In this document: piece by piece, positions 52,734-59,663 of the stretch | Layout of the letters: every line of letters starts with the position of its first letter | Numbering within the stretch: the stretch's first letter is position 1 | Assembly: GCA_963667285.1 (NCBI GenBank) | Contig: OY763326.1 | Coordinates: forward strand, 1,490,233 to 1,554,232 | Origin: Alphaproteobacteria bacterium | GTDB lineage: Bacteria > Pseudomonadota > Alphaproteobacteria > MPNO01 | Reading direction: 5' to 3' | DNA: 64,000 nucleotides | Program-made: the position numbers and the translations under genes | The notes under the pieces: model-generated | Told to the model about the DNA's origin: nothing | Database searches by the model: none | What the model saw: the letters and a program-made list of their open reading frames with translations, nothing else

Positions 52734-53882
52734 TCAAATCGGCTTGCCTTCGCTCTCCGCCCAGGCGTCCCGCATGAAGATGTTGGACGGGCGGGTCTCG
52801 TCGAGCACCTTGGCCGCCGCCTCGGCGCCGGCGATGGGAAGGCCCGCCGCATCCAGCGCGCCGATCTGGCCGAGCGCCGAGGCCTGGTCCCAGTAGATGT
52901 GCTCGTGGCACACCCGGTCGCCGCGGAACCTGACCAGCAGCAGCGTCGGGATCTCCACCGTCTTTCCGGTCGGCGCGATGCCGGGGAAGTAGCGGTCGAG
53001 CACCCGGTCGTGGCGGAAGCGGACCACGGTCTCCAGCACGATGCGGTCGGGGCCCACGGTCTCCGAGACCGGGGTGCTGGAGCGTTCGCGCGAGTTCTGG
53101 TCGACGAAATGGTACTTGTAGAACCGCTTCAGCATGTCGTGGCCGACCCCGCCGGCGAGCGTGGGCACGTGGTTGACGTATGGCTCGTCGATCATCGTCG
53201 CCATGGTGGCGTCGACGTCGCGGGTCTCGAACTCGTGCCGGACATGCGCCTCGAACAGCGCGACGAGGTCGTAATGCGGGCCGAGCGCGCGGCGCAGCAG
53301 CCCGAGCGCCCGGCTGTGGGCGAGGCTGTCGACGCGCTTGTCGCAGGCGGCCCGGTGCGGGATGGAGAAACCGGGCGCGGCCGAGGGGTAGCGGAGGACG
53401 CCGCTGCCGTCGCTCCGGTCGAGGCCGCGCTCGATGCGCCCTGCCGCTTGCTCGGCCTCCGCGCTGTCCCGAGTGCCGAAGACGAGCAGCGCGGGGCACG
53501 CGGCGCCGATCTCCGATGCTTCCGCGAGCCCGACCGGATCGAACGCGACCGCCGCGTCGAAGGCGGATGCCGCCCGGCAGGCGAGCGCCCCGCCCGCGCC
53601 GTGGCCGAGCACCCCGATCCCGCCCGCCTGCTCGGGCATCGCGCGCAGCGCATCCGCCGCCGCGCGGACCTCGCCCGCCTCCGACAGGCCGGCCACGGCG
53701 AGCACCGCGTAGCCCTCCTCGCCGAACAGCCCGGCGCGCGCCCTGATCCCGGCATCCAGCCCCGCCTCGTCGGCGAGCAGCAGCAGGCCCGGCCCCGTGC
53801 CGCTGCGGTGGACCGCGAAATGGGCCTCCAGCGTCTTGCCGGCGACGGCGATGCTGCGGCTCCTGCCGATTTCCTTCTCCAT
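52734..53882 (-). CDS. fusion protein: dienelactone-hydrolase-like alpha/beta hydrolase domain plus C-terminal SnoaL/NTF2-like domain
   Basis: 382 aa. The N-terminal half has a DLH-like layout (GLLLLADEAGLD ... GVLGHGAGG ... ALLVFG). The C-terminal half (EFETRDVDATMATMIDEPYVNHVP ... FRGDRVCHEHIYWDQAS) looks like a SnoaL-type polyketide-cyclase fold. Confidence 0.65.
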   Translation of the reverse strand: MEKEIGRSRSIAVAGKTLEAHFAVHRSGTGPGLLLLADEAGLDAGIRARAGLFGEEGYAVLAVAGLSEAGEVRAAADALRAMPEQAGGIGVLGHGAGGALACRAASAFDAAVAFDPVGLAEASEIGAACPALLVFGTRDSAEAEQAAGRIERGLDRSDGSGVLRYPSAAPGFSIPHRAACDKRVDSLAHSRALGLLRRALGPHYDLVALFEAHVRHEFETRDVDATMATMIDEPYVNHVPTLAGGVGHDMLKRFYKYHFVDQNSRERSSTPVSETVGPDRIVLETVVRFRHDRVLDRYFPGIAPTGKTVEIPTLLLVRFRGDRVCHEHIYWDQASALGQIGALDAAGLPIAGAEAAAKVLDETRPSNIFMRDAWAESEGKPI

Positions 53883-53951
53883 GATCCGGTCTCCCGCCCT
53901 GTGCGCCACGAGTATGACACGGGGCGCGGGATCGCCTATCCTCTGTGCGGG

Positions 53952-55178
53952 ATGAGCACAGCCCCTCTCTGGCCCGACGACGACGTGTCGCGGGTGCCCT
54001 ACCGGGTCTACCGCGACCCCGGCATCCATACCCGCGAGCAGGAGCGGATCTTCCGCGGCCCGACCTGGAACTTTCTCTGTCTCGAAGCCGAGATTCCGGA
54101 GCCCGGCGACTACAAGACGTGCTTCATCGGCGACGCCCCGATCATCGCGGTGCGCGACGCCGGGGGCGGCATCAACGCGCTGGTCAACCGCTGCGCCCAC
54201 AAGGGCGCGCTGCTCTGCTACAAGCCGCGCGGCAGGGTGAGCGAGTTCACCTGCGTCTATCACAACTGGACCTACGACCTCGCGGGCAGGCTGACCGGGG
54301 TCGCGTTCGGCCGCGGGGTGCGCGGCGAGGGCGGCATGGAGGCGGGGTTCGAGCCCGAGGCGCACGGGCTGCACCGGCTGCGGACCGCGTCGCGGAGCGG
54401 GCTGGTGTTCGCCACCTTCTCCGGCGACGTCGCGGATCTCGCGACCTATATCGGGCCGGCCATGCTGGCGGCGCTCGACCGGGTGTTGGTCAAGCCGGTC
54501 CGGGTGCTGGGCTATCACAGCCAGCTTCTGCCCAACAACTGGAAGCTCTATGCCGAGAACACCAAGGACAGCTACCACGCGACCCTGCTGCACGTGTTCC
54601 ACAACACCTTCGGCATCGTCCGCTTCACCATGGGCGGGGGCATCGTCCTCAGCGAGAACGGCTGGCACCATCTGAGCTTCACCGAGCGCACGGCCGACGG
54701 CAGCGAGCGCGAGGGCGCCGAGGCGGTGCGCTCGCTGAAGAGCCAATACGCGCTTGAGGACCCCTCGCTGATGGAACACTGGCTCGAGCTCGGCGACCGG
54801 ATCACCAACTCGATCCAGACGATCTTTCCGACGCTGGTGGTGCAGCAGATCCTGAACGCGCTCGCGGTCCGCCAGCTGGTGCCCCGGGGGCCGGAGGAAT
54901 GCGAGCTCAGGTGGACCGTGCTCGGCTTCGAGGACGACGACGAGCCGCTCGAGGCCCTCAGGCTCAAGGTCAACAACCTGGTCGGCCCGGCGGGCTATGT
55001 CTCGATGGAGGACGGCTGTATCGGCGGCTTCATCGACTCGGCGACCAGGAGCGCGCCCGACGAGCGGAGCTTCATGCGGATGGGCGGCACCGCCATCGAG
55101 CCGGCCGGCGCATCGCGCGTCACCGAGGCCGCGGTGCGCGGCTTCTGGCGCGCCTGGCGGGACTGCATGGCGCTGTGA
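53952..55178 (+). CDS. aromatic ring-hydroxylating oxygenase alpha subunit (salicylate-5-hydroxylase NagG-like)
   Basis: 408 aa. The Rieske ligands are CAHKGALLC ... CVYHNWTY. The catalytic-domain motif is NWKLYAENTKDSYHATLLH. Confidence 0.84.
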   Translation: MSTAPLWPDDDVSRVPYRVYRDPGIHTREQERIFRGPTWNFLCLEAEIPEPGDYKTCFIGDAPIIAVRDAGGGINALVNRCAHKGALLCYKPRGRVSEFTCVYHNWTYDLAGRLTGVAFGRGVRGEGGMEAGFEPEAHGLHRLRTASRSGLVFATFSGDVADLATYIGPAMLAALDRVLVKPVRVLGYHSQLLPNNWKLYAENTKDSYHATLLHVFHNTFGIVRFTMGGGIVLSENGWHHLSFTERTADGSEREGAEAVRSLKSQYALEDPSLMEHWLELGDRITNSIQTIFPTLVVQQILNALAVRQLVPRGPEECELRWTVLGFEDDDEPLEALRLKVNNLVGPAGYVSMEDGCIGGFIDSATRSAPDERSFMRMGGTAIEPAGASRVTEAAVRGFWRAWRDCMAL

Positions 55179-55654
55179 CCGGGGCGGCGGACGCGCTGGC
55201 CGCGCGCATCGGGCGGCTCAACACGGCCTATGCGCACGCCATCGACGACGACCGGCTGGAGGACTGGCCGGGCTTCTTCGCCGCCGACGGGCTCTACCGC
55301 ATCGTCACCAGGGAGAACCACGAGGCCGCGCTGCCGCTCGCCATCGTCCATTGCCAGGGCGCGGCGATGATGCGCGACCGGGTGCGCGCCATGCGGACCG
55401 CCAACATCTTCGAGCCGCACAGCTACTGCCACACGCTGGGCGCGGCCGAGCTCCTGGGGAGCGAGGACGGGGTGCACGCCGCGCGGACCAACTTCATCGT
55501 CGTCCGCACCATGCAGTCGGGGGCGATGACGGTGTTCGCCTGCGGCCGCTATCTCGACCGCATCGTCGAGCGGGACGGCGCCCTCGAACTCGCCGAGCGC
55601 GTCGCGGTCTGCGACTCGCGCACCGTCGACACCCTGCTCGTGGTGCCGCTCTAG
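55175..55654 (+). CDS. aromatic ring-hydroxylating oxygenase beta subunit (NagH-like, NTF2 fold)
   Basis: 159 aa from a GTG that overlaps the alpha subunit's stop codon (GTGA). LEDWPGFFAADGLYRI ... RTANIFEPHSYCH matches the beta-subunit pattern. Confidence 0.8.
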   Translation: MTGAADALAARIGRLNTAYAHAIDDDRLEDWPGFFAADGLYRIVTRENHEAALPLAIVHCQGAAMMRDRVRAMRTANIFEPHSYCHTLGAAELLGSEDGVHAARTNFIVVRTMQSGAMTVFACGRYLDRIVERDGALELAERVAVCDSRTVDTLLVVPL

Positions 55655-55922
55655 CCCGCATTTCTCACCAGGGTCATGGTCTGCGCGGCGCTGTCCGGCC
55701 GACAGGGCAGGAGAGGCGCGCGGCGCGATGCGGGGACATCGGGCAAGCGCCTCGACGCACCCTGTCGGCCGGACAGCGCCGCCCGAAGGGTCGCGCGCAG
55801 GCGTCCGCCCGCTGCGTCGCGGGCCTTAACCGTAGTCCCCGCTACGCTTTTCGGCCCGCTCCTGGCGGATCGAACGCCTGGGCGCGACGCAGGCCGTGAC
55901 AGTGGTGAGAAATGCGGGCTAG
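55651..55922. repeat. 272-bp palindromic MITE/REP-like element with 20-bp perfect terminal inverted repeats and a nested 23-bp inverted repeat
   Basis: CTAGCCCGCATTTCTCACCA at 55651-55670 is the exact reverse complement of TGGTGAGAAATGCGGGCTAG at 55903-55922. The arms extend imperfectly for about 35 nt. An internal inverted repeat pairs GCGGCGCTGTCCGGCCGACAGGG (about 55686-55708) with CCCTGTCGGCCGGACAGCGCCGC (55760-55782). Confidence 0.85.
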
Positions 55923-55925
55923 GCG

Positions 55926-57387
55926 CAATACTGTTCACTTAGTGATTGATCGGTGCTACAGTCGTAGGCCTGTGACGCAGCAGGGGTCAGGCCGATGTCA
56001 CGCGCTGTTGGGACGCTCCCGGCGGGTTCTCGCGTCACCGACTACATCAGTCTGGGTGTGATCGCGAAGACGTTTCCGCTGGATACGGTGCAGTCTGTCC
56101 TACGGGATACCGGGCGGTCGAGCCGGCGCCGGCGTGCGCTTCCGGCGCCTGTGGTGGTGTATTACGTAATCGCGCTTGGGCTCTACATGCAGTCGTCCTA
56201 CCGCGAGGTTCTGCGCTGCCTGCTGGAGGGGGTTCAGTGGCTGGCCGGTCCGTCGCAGGCGCTTGAGGTGGCCGGCAAGTCGGGGATCTCGCAGGCGCGC
56301 ACGCGTCTTGGCTGGGAGCCGCTGCACCGCCTGCATGGCGCGGTGGTGAAGCCGATTGCGGATCGGCTGACCAGGGGGGCGTGGTATGGGCGATGGCGTC
56401 TGGTGAGCCTGGACGGCAGCACGCTGGACGTTGCCGACGAGGCGTCGAACGCCGCGGCGTTCGGCCGGCCCGGCGCCAGCCGGGGCCGCAGCGCCTTCCC
56501 GCAGCTGCGCTTTGTCTCGCTGGTGGAGAACGGCACGCATGTGCTGTTTGCCAGCGAGATGGCGGGCTATGGGACGAGCGAGATCACGCTCGCCAAAGCT
56601 GTGCTTGGCCGGCTGGAGGCCGGCATGCTGTGCTTGGCGGACCGCCAGTTCTTCGGCTTCGCGCTGTGGTCCCTGGCGCGCGGCAGCGGGGCCGACCTGC
56701 TCTGGCGCGTCAAGAAGAACATGCGCCTGGTTCCCGAGCGGCGATTGCCTGACGGCTCTTACCTGAGCACCATCTATCCCTCGCAACGGGATCGCCGCCA
56801 CCGGACCGGCGGGCTCACGGTGCGGGCGATCGACTACCGGCTGGAGGGTGTCGGCGGCGCCGTACCGTTCTATCGTCTCCTCACCACGATCCTCGACCAC
56901 GACGTGGCGCCGGCGCATGAGCTGGCGGCCCTCTATCATGAGCGCTGGGAAATCGAGACCGCGCTCGACGAACTCAAGACCCATCTGCGGGGCGCCAGGA
57001 TCGTCCTGCGCAGCAAGACGCCGGACCTCGTCCGCCAGGAGTTCTATGGCCTCATGATGGCGCACTTCGCCATCCGAAGCCTGATCCATGAGGCCGCGCT
57101 GAAAGCCGACGAAGACCCGGACCGCCTCTCCTTCCTTCACGCTGTGCGGGTGGTGCGTCGAAAGCTGCCCGCCGCCGTAGCCATTCCCCCCTCGGAAGAG
57201 CAAGGCCTTCCATGACGCCGTCCTCGACGAAATCCTTCAGGAACGTGTCGTCTCCAGCCGAAACCGGCAAAACCCGCGCGCCGTCAAACGCAAAATGAGC
57301 AAGTTCCCACTGCGCCGGCCAGACACCCCTCCACTCCCTGCCGTCAATCCAGTCAACAGCATCAAAGTCATAAAGTGAACAGTATTG
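55926..57387 (+). mobile_element. IS4-family insertion sequence (1462 bp) with terminal inverted repeats and a 10-bp target-site duplication
   Basis: The left IR is CAATACTGTTCACTT (55926-55940). The right IR is AAGTGAACAGTATTG (57373-57387), a 15/15 match that extends imperfectly to about 19 bp. Direct repeats GGGCTAGGCG flank it at 55916-55925 and 57388-57397. The single transposase ORF carries the IS4 Y-x2-R-x3-E-x6-K motif. Confidence 0.9.
55995..57215 (+). CDS. IS4-family DDE transposase, apparently truncated by a 1-nt frameshift (ancestral frame continues to 57378)
   Basis: 406 aa. It has an Nterm_IS4-like region (ISLGVIAKTFPLDTV...RRRALPAPVVVYYVIALGLY), DDE residues (VSLDGST, CLADRQF) and the YREK motif YHERWEIETALDELK. 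Frame +1 from 57181 encodes ...AFHDAVLDEILQERVVSSRNRQNPRAVKRKMSKFPLRRPD... and ends 9 bp before the right IR end. Confidence 0.85.
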   Translation: MSRAVGTLPAGSRVTDYISLGVIAKTFPLDTVQSVLRDTGRSSRRRRALPAPVVVYYVIALGLYMQSSYREVLRCLLEGVQWLAGPSQALEVAGKSGISQARTRLGWEPLHRLHGAVVKPIADRLTRGAWYGRWRLVSLDGSTLDVADEASNAAAFGRPGASRGRSAFPQLRFVSLVENGTHVLFASEMAGYGTSEITLAKAVLGRLEAGMLCLADRQFFGFALWSLARGSGADLLWRVKKNMRLVPERRLPDGSYLSTIYPSQRDRRHRTGGLTVRAIDYRLEGVGGAVPFYRLLTTILDHDVAPAHELAALYHERWEIETALDELKTHLRGARIVLRSKTPDLVRQEFYGLMMAHFAIRSLIHEAALKADEDPDRLSFLHAVRVVRRKLPAAVAIPPSEEQGLP

Positions 57388-57400
57388 GGGCTAGGCGGGC

Positions 57401-57811
57401 TCACACCGCGGCGATCGTCTGGACCTCGATCAGGAACGGCTCCTGCACCAGCCGGTCGACCAGCAGCAGCGTGTTCGGCGGGTACTTGCCGTCCGGGAAC
57501 ATCTTGGGGAATTCGCGCAGCCGGAAGCTCATGAACTCCGGGATCCACTGCGAATGCACCATGTAGGTGGTGAACTGGACGACGTTGCCCCAGCCCGCCC
57601 CCGCCGAATCGAGCGCGGCGCCGATATTGGCGAAGACCTGGACGCATTGCGCGTCGAAATCGCGCTCGCCGACGATGTTGCCTTGCGGGTCGGCCGACAG
57701 CATGCCGGCGATGAACAGGAACTCCGAGGCCCTGACCCGCGTCACATGGGTGTACTGGCCCAGCGGCGCGCCGAGCGCGTCGGGGTTGTAGATGTCGATA
57801 TCGGCCGTCAT
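57401..57811 (-). CDS. RidA/YjgF/L-PSP family enamine/imine deaminase-like protein
   Basis: 136 aa. PLGQYTHVTRVRASEFLFIAGMLS and the C-terminal LIEVQTIA are present. A Shine-Dalgarno sequence GGAGGGAGG lies 9 nt upstream of the ATG. Confidence 0.87.
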   Translation of the reverse strand: MTADIDIYNPDALGAPLGQYTHVTRVRASEFLFIAGMLSADPQGNIVGERDFDAQCVQVFANIGAALDSAGAGWGNVVQFTTYMVHSQWIPEFMSFRLREFPKMFPDGKYPPNTLLLVDRLVQEPFLIEVQTIAAV

Positions 57812-57816
57812 GGTTC

Positions 57817-57872
57817 CGCGCCTCCCTCCGGTGGAAGCGCGATCAAGCCCGTTCGCGCCCGCCCGATCAAGC
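57817..57872. repeat. 56-bp direct repeat, copy A (partner at 59589..59644)
   Basis: CGCGCCTCCCTCCGGTGGAAGCGCGATCAAGCCCGTTCGCGCCCGCCCGATCAAGC is 54/56 identical to copy B. It contains the RidA Shine-Dalgarno sequence and two GATCAAGC half-sites. Confidence 0.95.
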
Positions 57873-57965
57873 TATGGCGCCACCCCCCCCCCCCCGCAAC
57901 TCGACCGTGCCCTGCGTCGCCGTCACGCTGGCGGCGCCTGCGAGCGCCCTACCGTCGGTGCGACC
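57873..57965 (-). pseudogene. decayed duplicate of the 3' end of the CBS/BON gene (59664..60362)
   Basis: 57896-57938 aligns with 59789-59831 at 36/43 identities (manual alignment). GGCGCCATAG aligns with the intact GGCGCCGTAA stop region. It reads ...SVTATQGTVEL(G)n against the intact SVTVKQGTVEFWGVVG. About 125 bp of the intact sequence is missing from it. Confidence 0.7.
57883..57895. repeat. C13 (G13 on the minus strand) homopolymer
   Basis: I counted 13 consecutive C residues directly. The intact paralogous sequence at 59783-59788 has C6. Confidence 0.95.
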
Positions 57966-58797
57966 GGTACTGGTCTTCCAGCGTTGCCACGAGGTCGTCC
58001 ACGTCGTCTTCATCCACCACCTCCGTGGCGAAGGGAGCGCCCTCGAGAATTTGCTTGGCGGTCTCGTAGGCAGGCATGAGAGACCGGTTTTGAGGACTGC
58101 CCAGCACGAAGTGTAGATCGATGTCCTCGCTGTTCCCGGCCTCCGCGGCAGATAGATGGCCTCTCCAGCGTCTTGCCTTGTCCTTGATGTGATCGGCGTC
58201 TGCGAGGTCAAACGAAACGGCCTCGTATGCGTGCCAGCGCCCGTTCTTCCAAGCCTTCTTGAACTCGATCCGATCCTGCGCCCCGACGACCACCTTCGGC
58301 TCGAACGGGACATGGATGTCCCGTTCGGCCAACTTCTCGCGAACGGGCCGCCAGATATCCTCGTCCGTCCGTCGGCGATGGTCCGCTTTGCGGTCGAACC
58401 GGGCCACGTAACGTTCGTAGAGGCGTTCAAAGGTCTTGGCCGGATCGGCCGTCAAACCGGCCGCGACCGGAGACCACTGCAACGCGCTGTCATCGTGAGG
58501 CAGAACCTTGAGAGCGAGACGGCGCGCGTCCGCCTGCGGATCGACGAGAGGTTCGCCCTCCGCCCGTTTGGCGATGGATGCAAATCCTCGGTCGACGGCC
58601 CTCATCGCATCTACGAAGGCCCGCCTGTCGAGGTCGGGAAACACGTGCTTCAGACGACCTATGGTCTTGCGGGTCCGCACCTTGAGGAAGCCTGATGCCG
58701 GCGCATGCATGGCGACGCCGACGTTCAGCGCTTCTCCCGACACCACGTCATGGACGTAGCGAAGTATCGTGTAGCTGTAGGCTCGATTCTCGGTCAT
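57949..58797 (-). CDS. DUF3037-like protein of unknown function
   Basis: 282 aa. The N-terminus YSYTILRYVHDVVSGEALNVGVAMH matches the DUF3037 signature as I recall it (Y-s-h-h-R-Y-x-P-D-x-x-x-x-E-x-h-N-V-G-V). Its ATG overlaps the stop codon of the upstream kinase-like gene (ATGA). Confidence 0.7.
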   Translation of the reverse strand: MTENRAYSYTILRYVHDVVSGEALNVGVAMHAPASGFLKVRTRKTIGRLKHVFPDLDRRAFVDAMRAVDRGFASIAKRAEGEPLVDPQADARRLALKVLPHDDSALQWSPVAAGLTADPAKTFERLYERYVARFDRKADHRRRTDEDIWRPVREKLAERDIHVPFEPKVVVGAQDRIEFKKAWKNGRWHAYEAVSFDLADADHIKDKARRWRGHLSAAEAGNSEDIDLHFVLGSPQNRSLMPAYETAKQILEGAPFATEVVDEDDVDDLVATLEDQYRSHRR

Positions 58798-59564
58798 TGC
58801 AGCACCCGCTGAATTTCCGCGATTACCCTGTCCAGGTTATCCCTGCCGCCTCGGATCCGATCCAGCGCTTCATCGACCGCGGGGAAGGCTTCGTTCCATT
58901 CCGGCGGGATGGCGGCACGATACTCCAGCAATCGGGCATCGGACACCCTGGACCATATCTCCGGTAGCGGGGAACCGTCGAGGTCTCGCCTCTTGAGACC
59001 CTTGCAAAATATGTGCCCGTCAGGCTGGTCCAGCCAGTTTAGGCCGCCCTCTCGCCAAGGCGGCAGCCAGCCGATCACGATAGCCGTGGACGGAAACGCA
59101 AGCTCGTGATCGATCAGTCGGATACGGTGACCTGCGACCAGGCAATTCGGGTTGGATATGCGCCGATCCGCGTTCTCGATGACCGCATCGAACAGGAGGG
59201 CAGACAGCGCAACAGGCGCCAATGTTTCACTGACACTGTTCCCCGAAGTCCAGACGCTGAACGGCCTGTTCACCCTTGCTGAGCCGAAACCGACGCTGGA
59301 GCTATCTTGCAGCTGGGCCACGATGCTCGCGTCCGCAACCGCTGCCGATAGCTCAGGCGGGATTTCGACCAGGTAGGGTACTGGGACCGGCAATCCGAGG
59401 TCCGTGGCAAGGCACGCTGCGATCACTTCTCTTGCCAGGTTCAAGACCCCCTCCTGGCACCCGGAGGAGAGCTTGCAGAACACCTCGACGGGAGCCTCGG
59501 TATCCGCCGCGCACAGCATCAGCAAAGGACGGGCGGCCAGAGTCCGCGCGTCGCATGATCTCAT
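58794..59564 (-). CDS. HipA-like (HipA_2-type) putative serine/threonine kinase
   Basis: 256 aa. It has an N-lobe Lys context (PVEVFCKLSS...GVLNLAREVIA), a catalytic-loop-like FDAVIENADRRISNPNCLV (compare the HipA pattern N-x-D-x-H-x-x-N) and the metal-binding-like IRLIDHELAF. The start could instead be the internal Met of MLCAAD. Confidence 0.6.
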   Translation of the reverse strand: MRSCDARTLAARPLLMLCAADTEAPVEVFCKLSSGCQEGVLNLAREVIAACLATDLGLPVPVPYLVEIPPELSAAVADASIVAQLQDSSSVGFGSARVNRPFSVWTSGNSVSETLAPVALSALLFDAVIENADRRISNPNCLVAGHRIRLIDHELAFPSTAIVIGWLPPWREGGLNWLDQPDGHIFCKGLKRRDLDGSPLPEIWSRVSDARLLEYRAAIPPEWNEAFPAVDEALDRIRGGRDNLDRVIAEIQRVLQ

Positions 59565-59588
59565 CTGCGGCCATTCGGCTCAGCAAGA

Positions 59589-59644
59589 CGCGCCTCCCTC
59601 CGGTGGAAGCGCGATCAAGCCGGTTCGCGCCCGCTCGATCAAGC
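59589..59644. repeat. 56-bp direct repeat, copy B (partner at 57817..57872)
   Basis: CGCGCCTCCCTCCGGTGGAAGCGCGATCAAGCCGGTTCGCGCCCGCTCGATCAAGC lies between the CBS/BON gene stop codon and the kinase-like gene. Confidence 0.95.
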
Positions 59645-59663
59645 GCGCCGGCGGGGGCGCGGC

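Noticed and set aside
55651-55942. Mirror-image ORFs 55651..55938(-) and 55676..55942(+)
   Set aside because: Both lie entirely inside the palindromic MITE-like element, and each largely mirrors the other because of the inverted repeats. They have no start context or family resemblance.
58794-59564. Calling the kinase gene a canonical hipA of a hipBA module
   Set aside because: The protein is only 256 aa, against about 440 for HipA. It lacks the HipA N-terminal domains, and there is no upstream HTH HipB gene. Only the catalytic-core pattern is HipA-like, so it is reported as HipA-like and uncharacterised.
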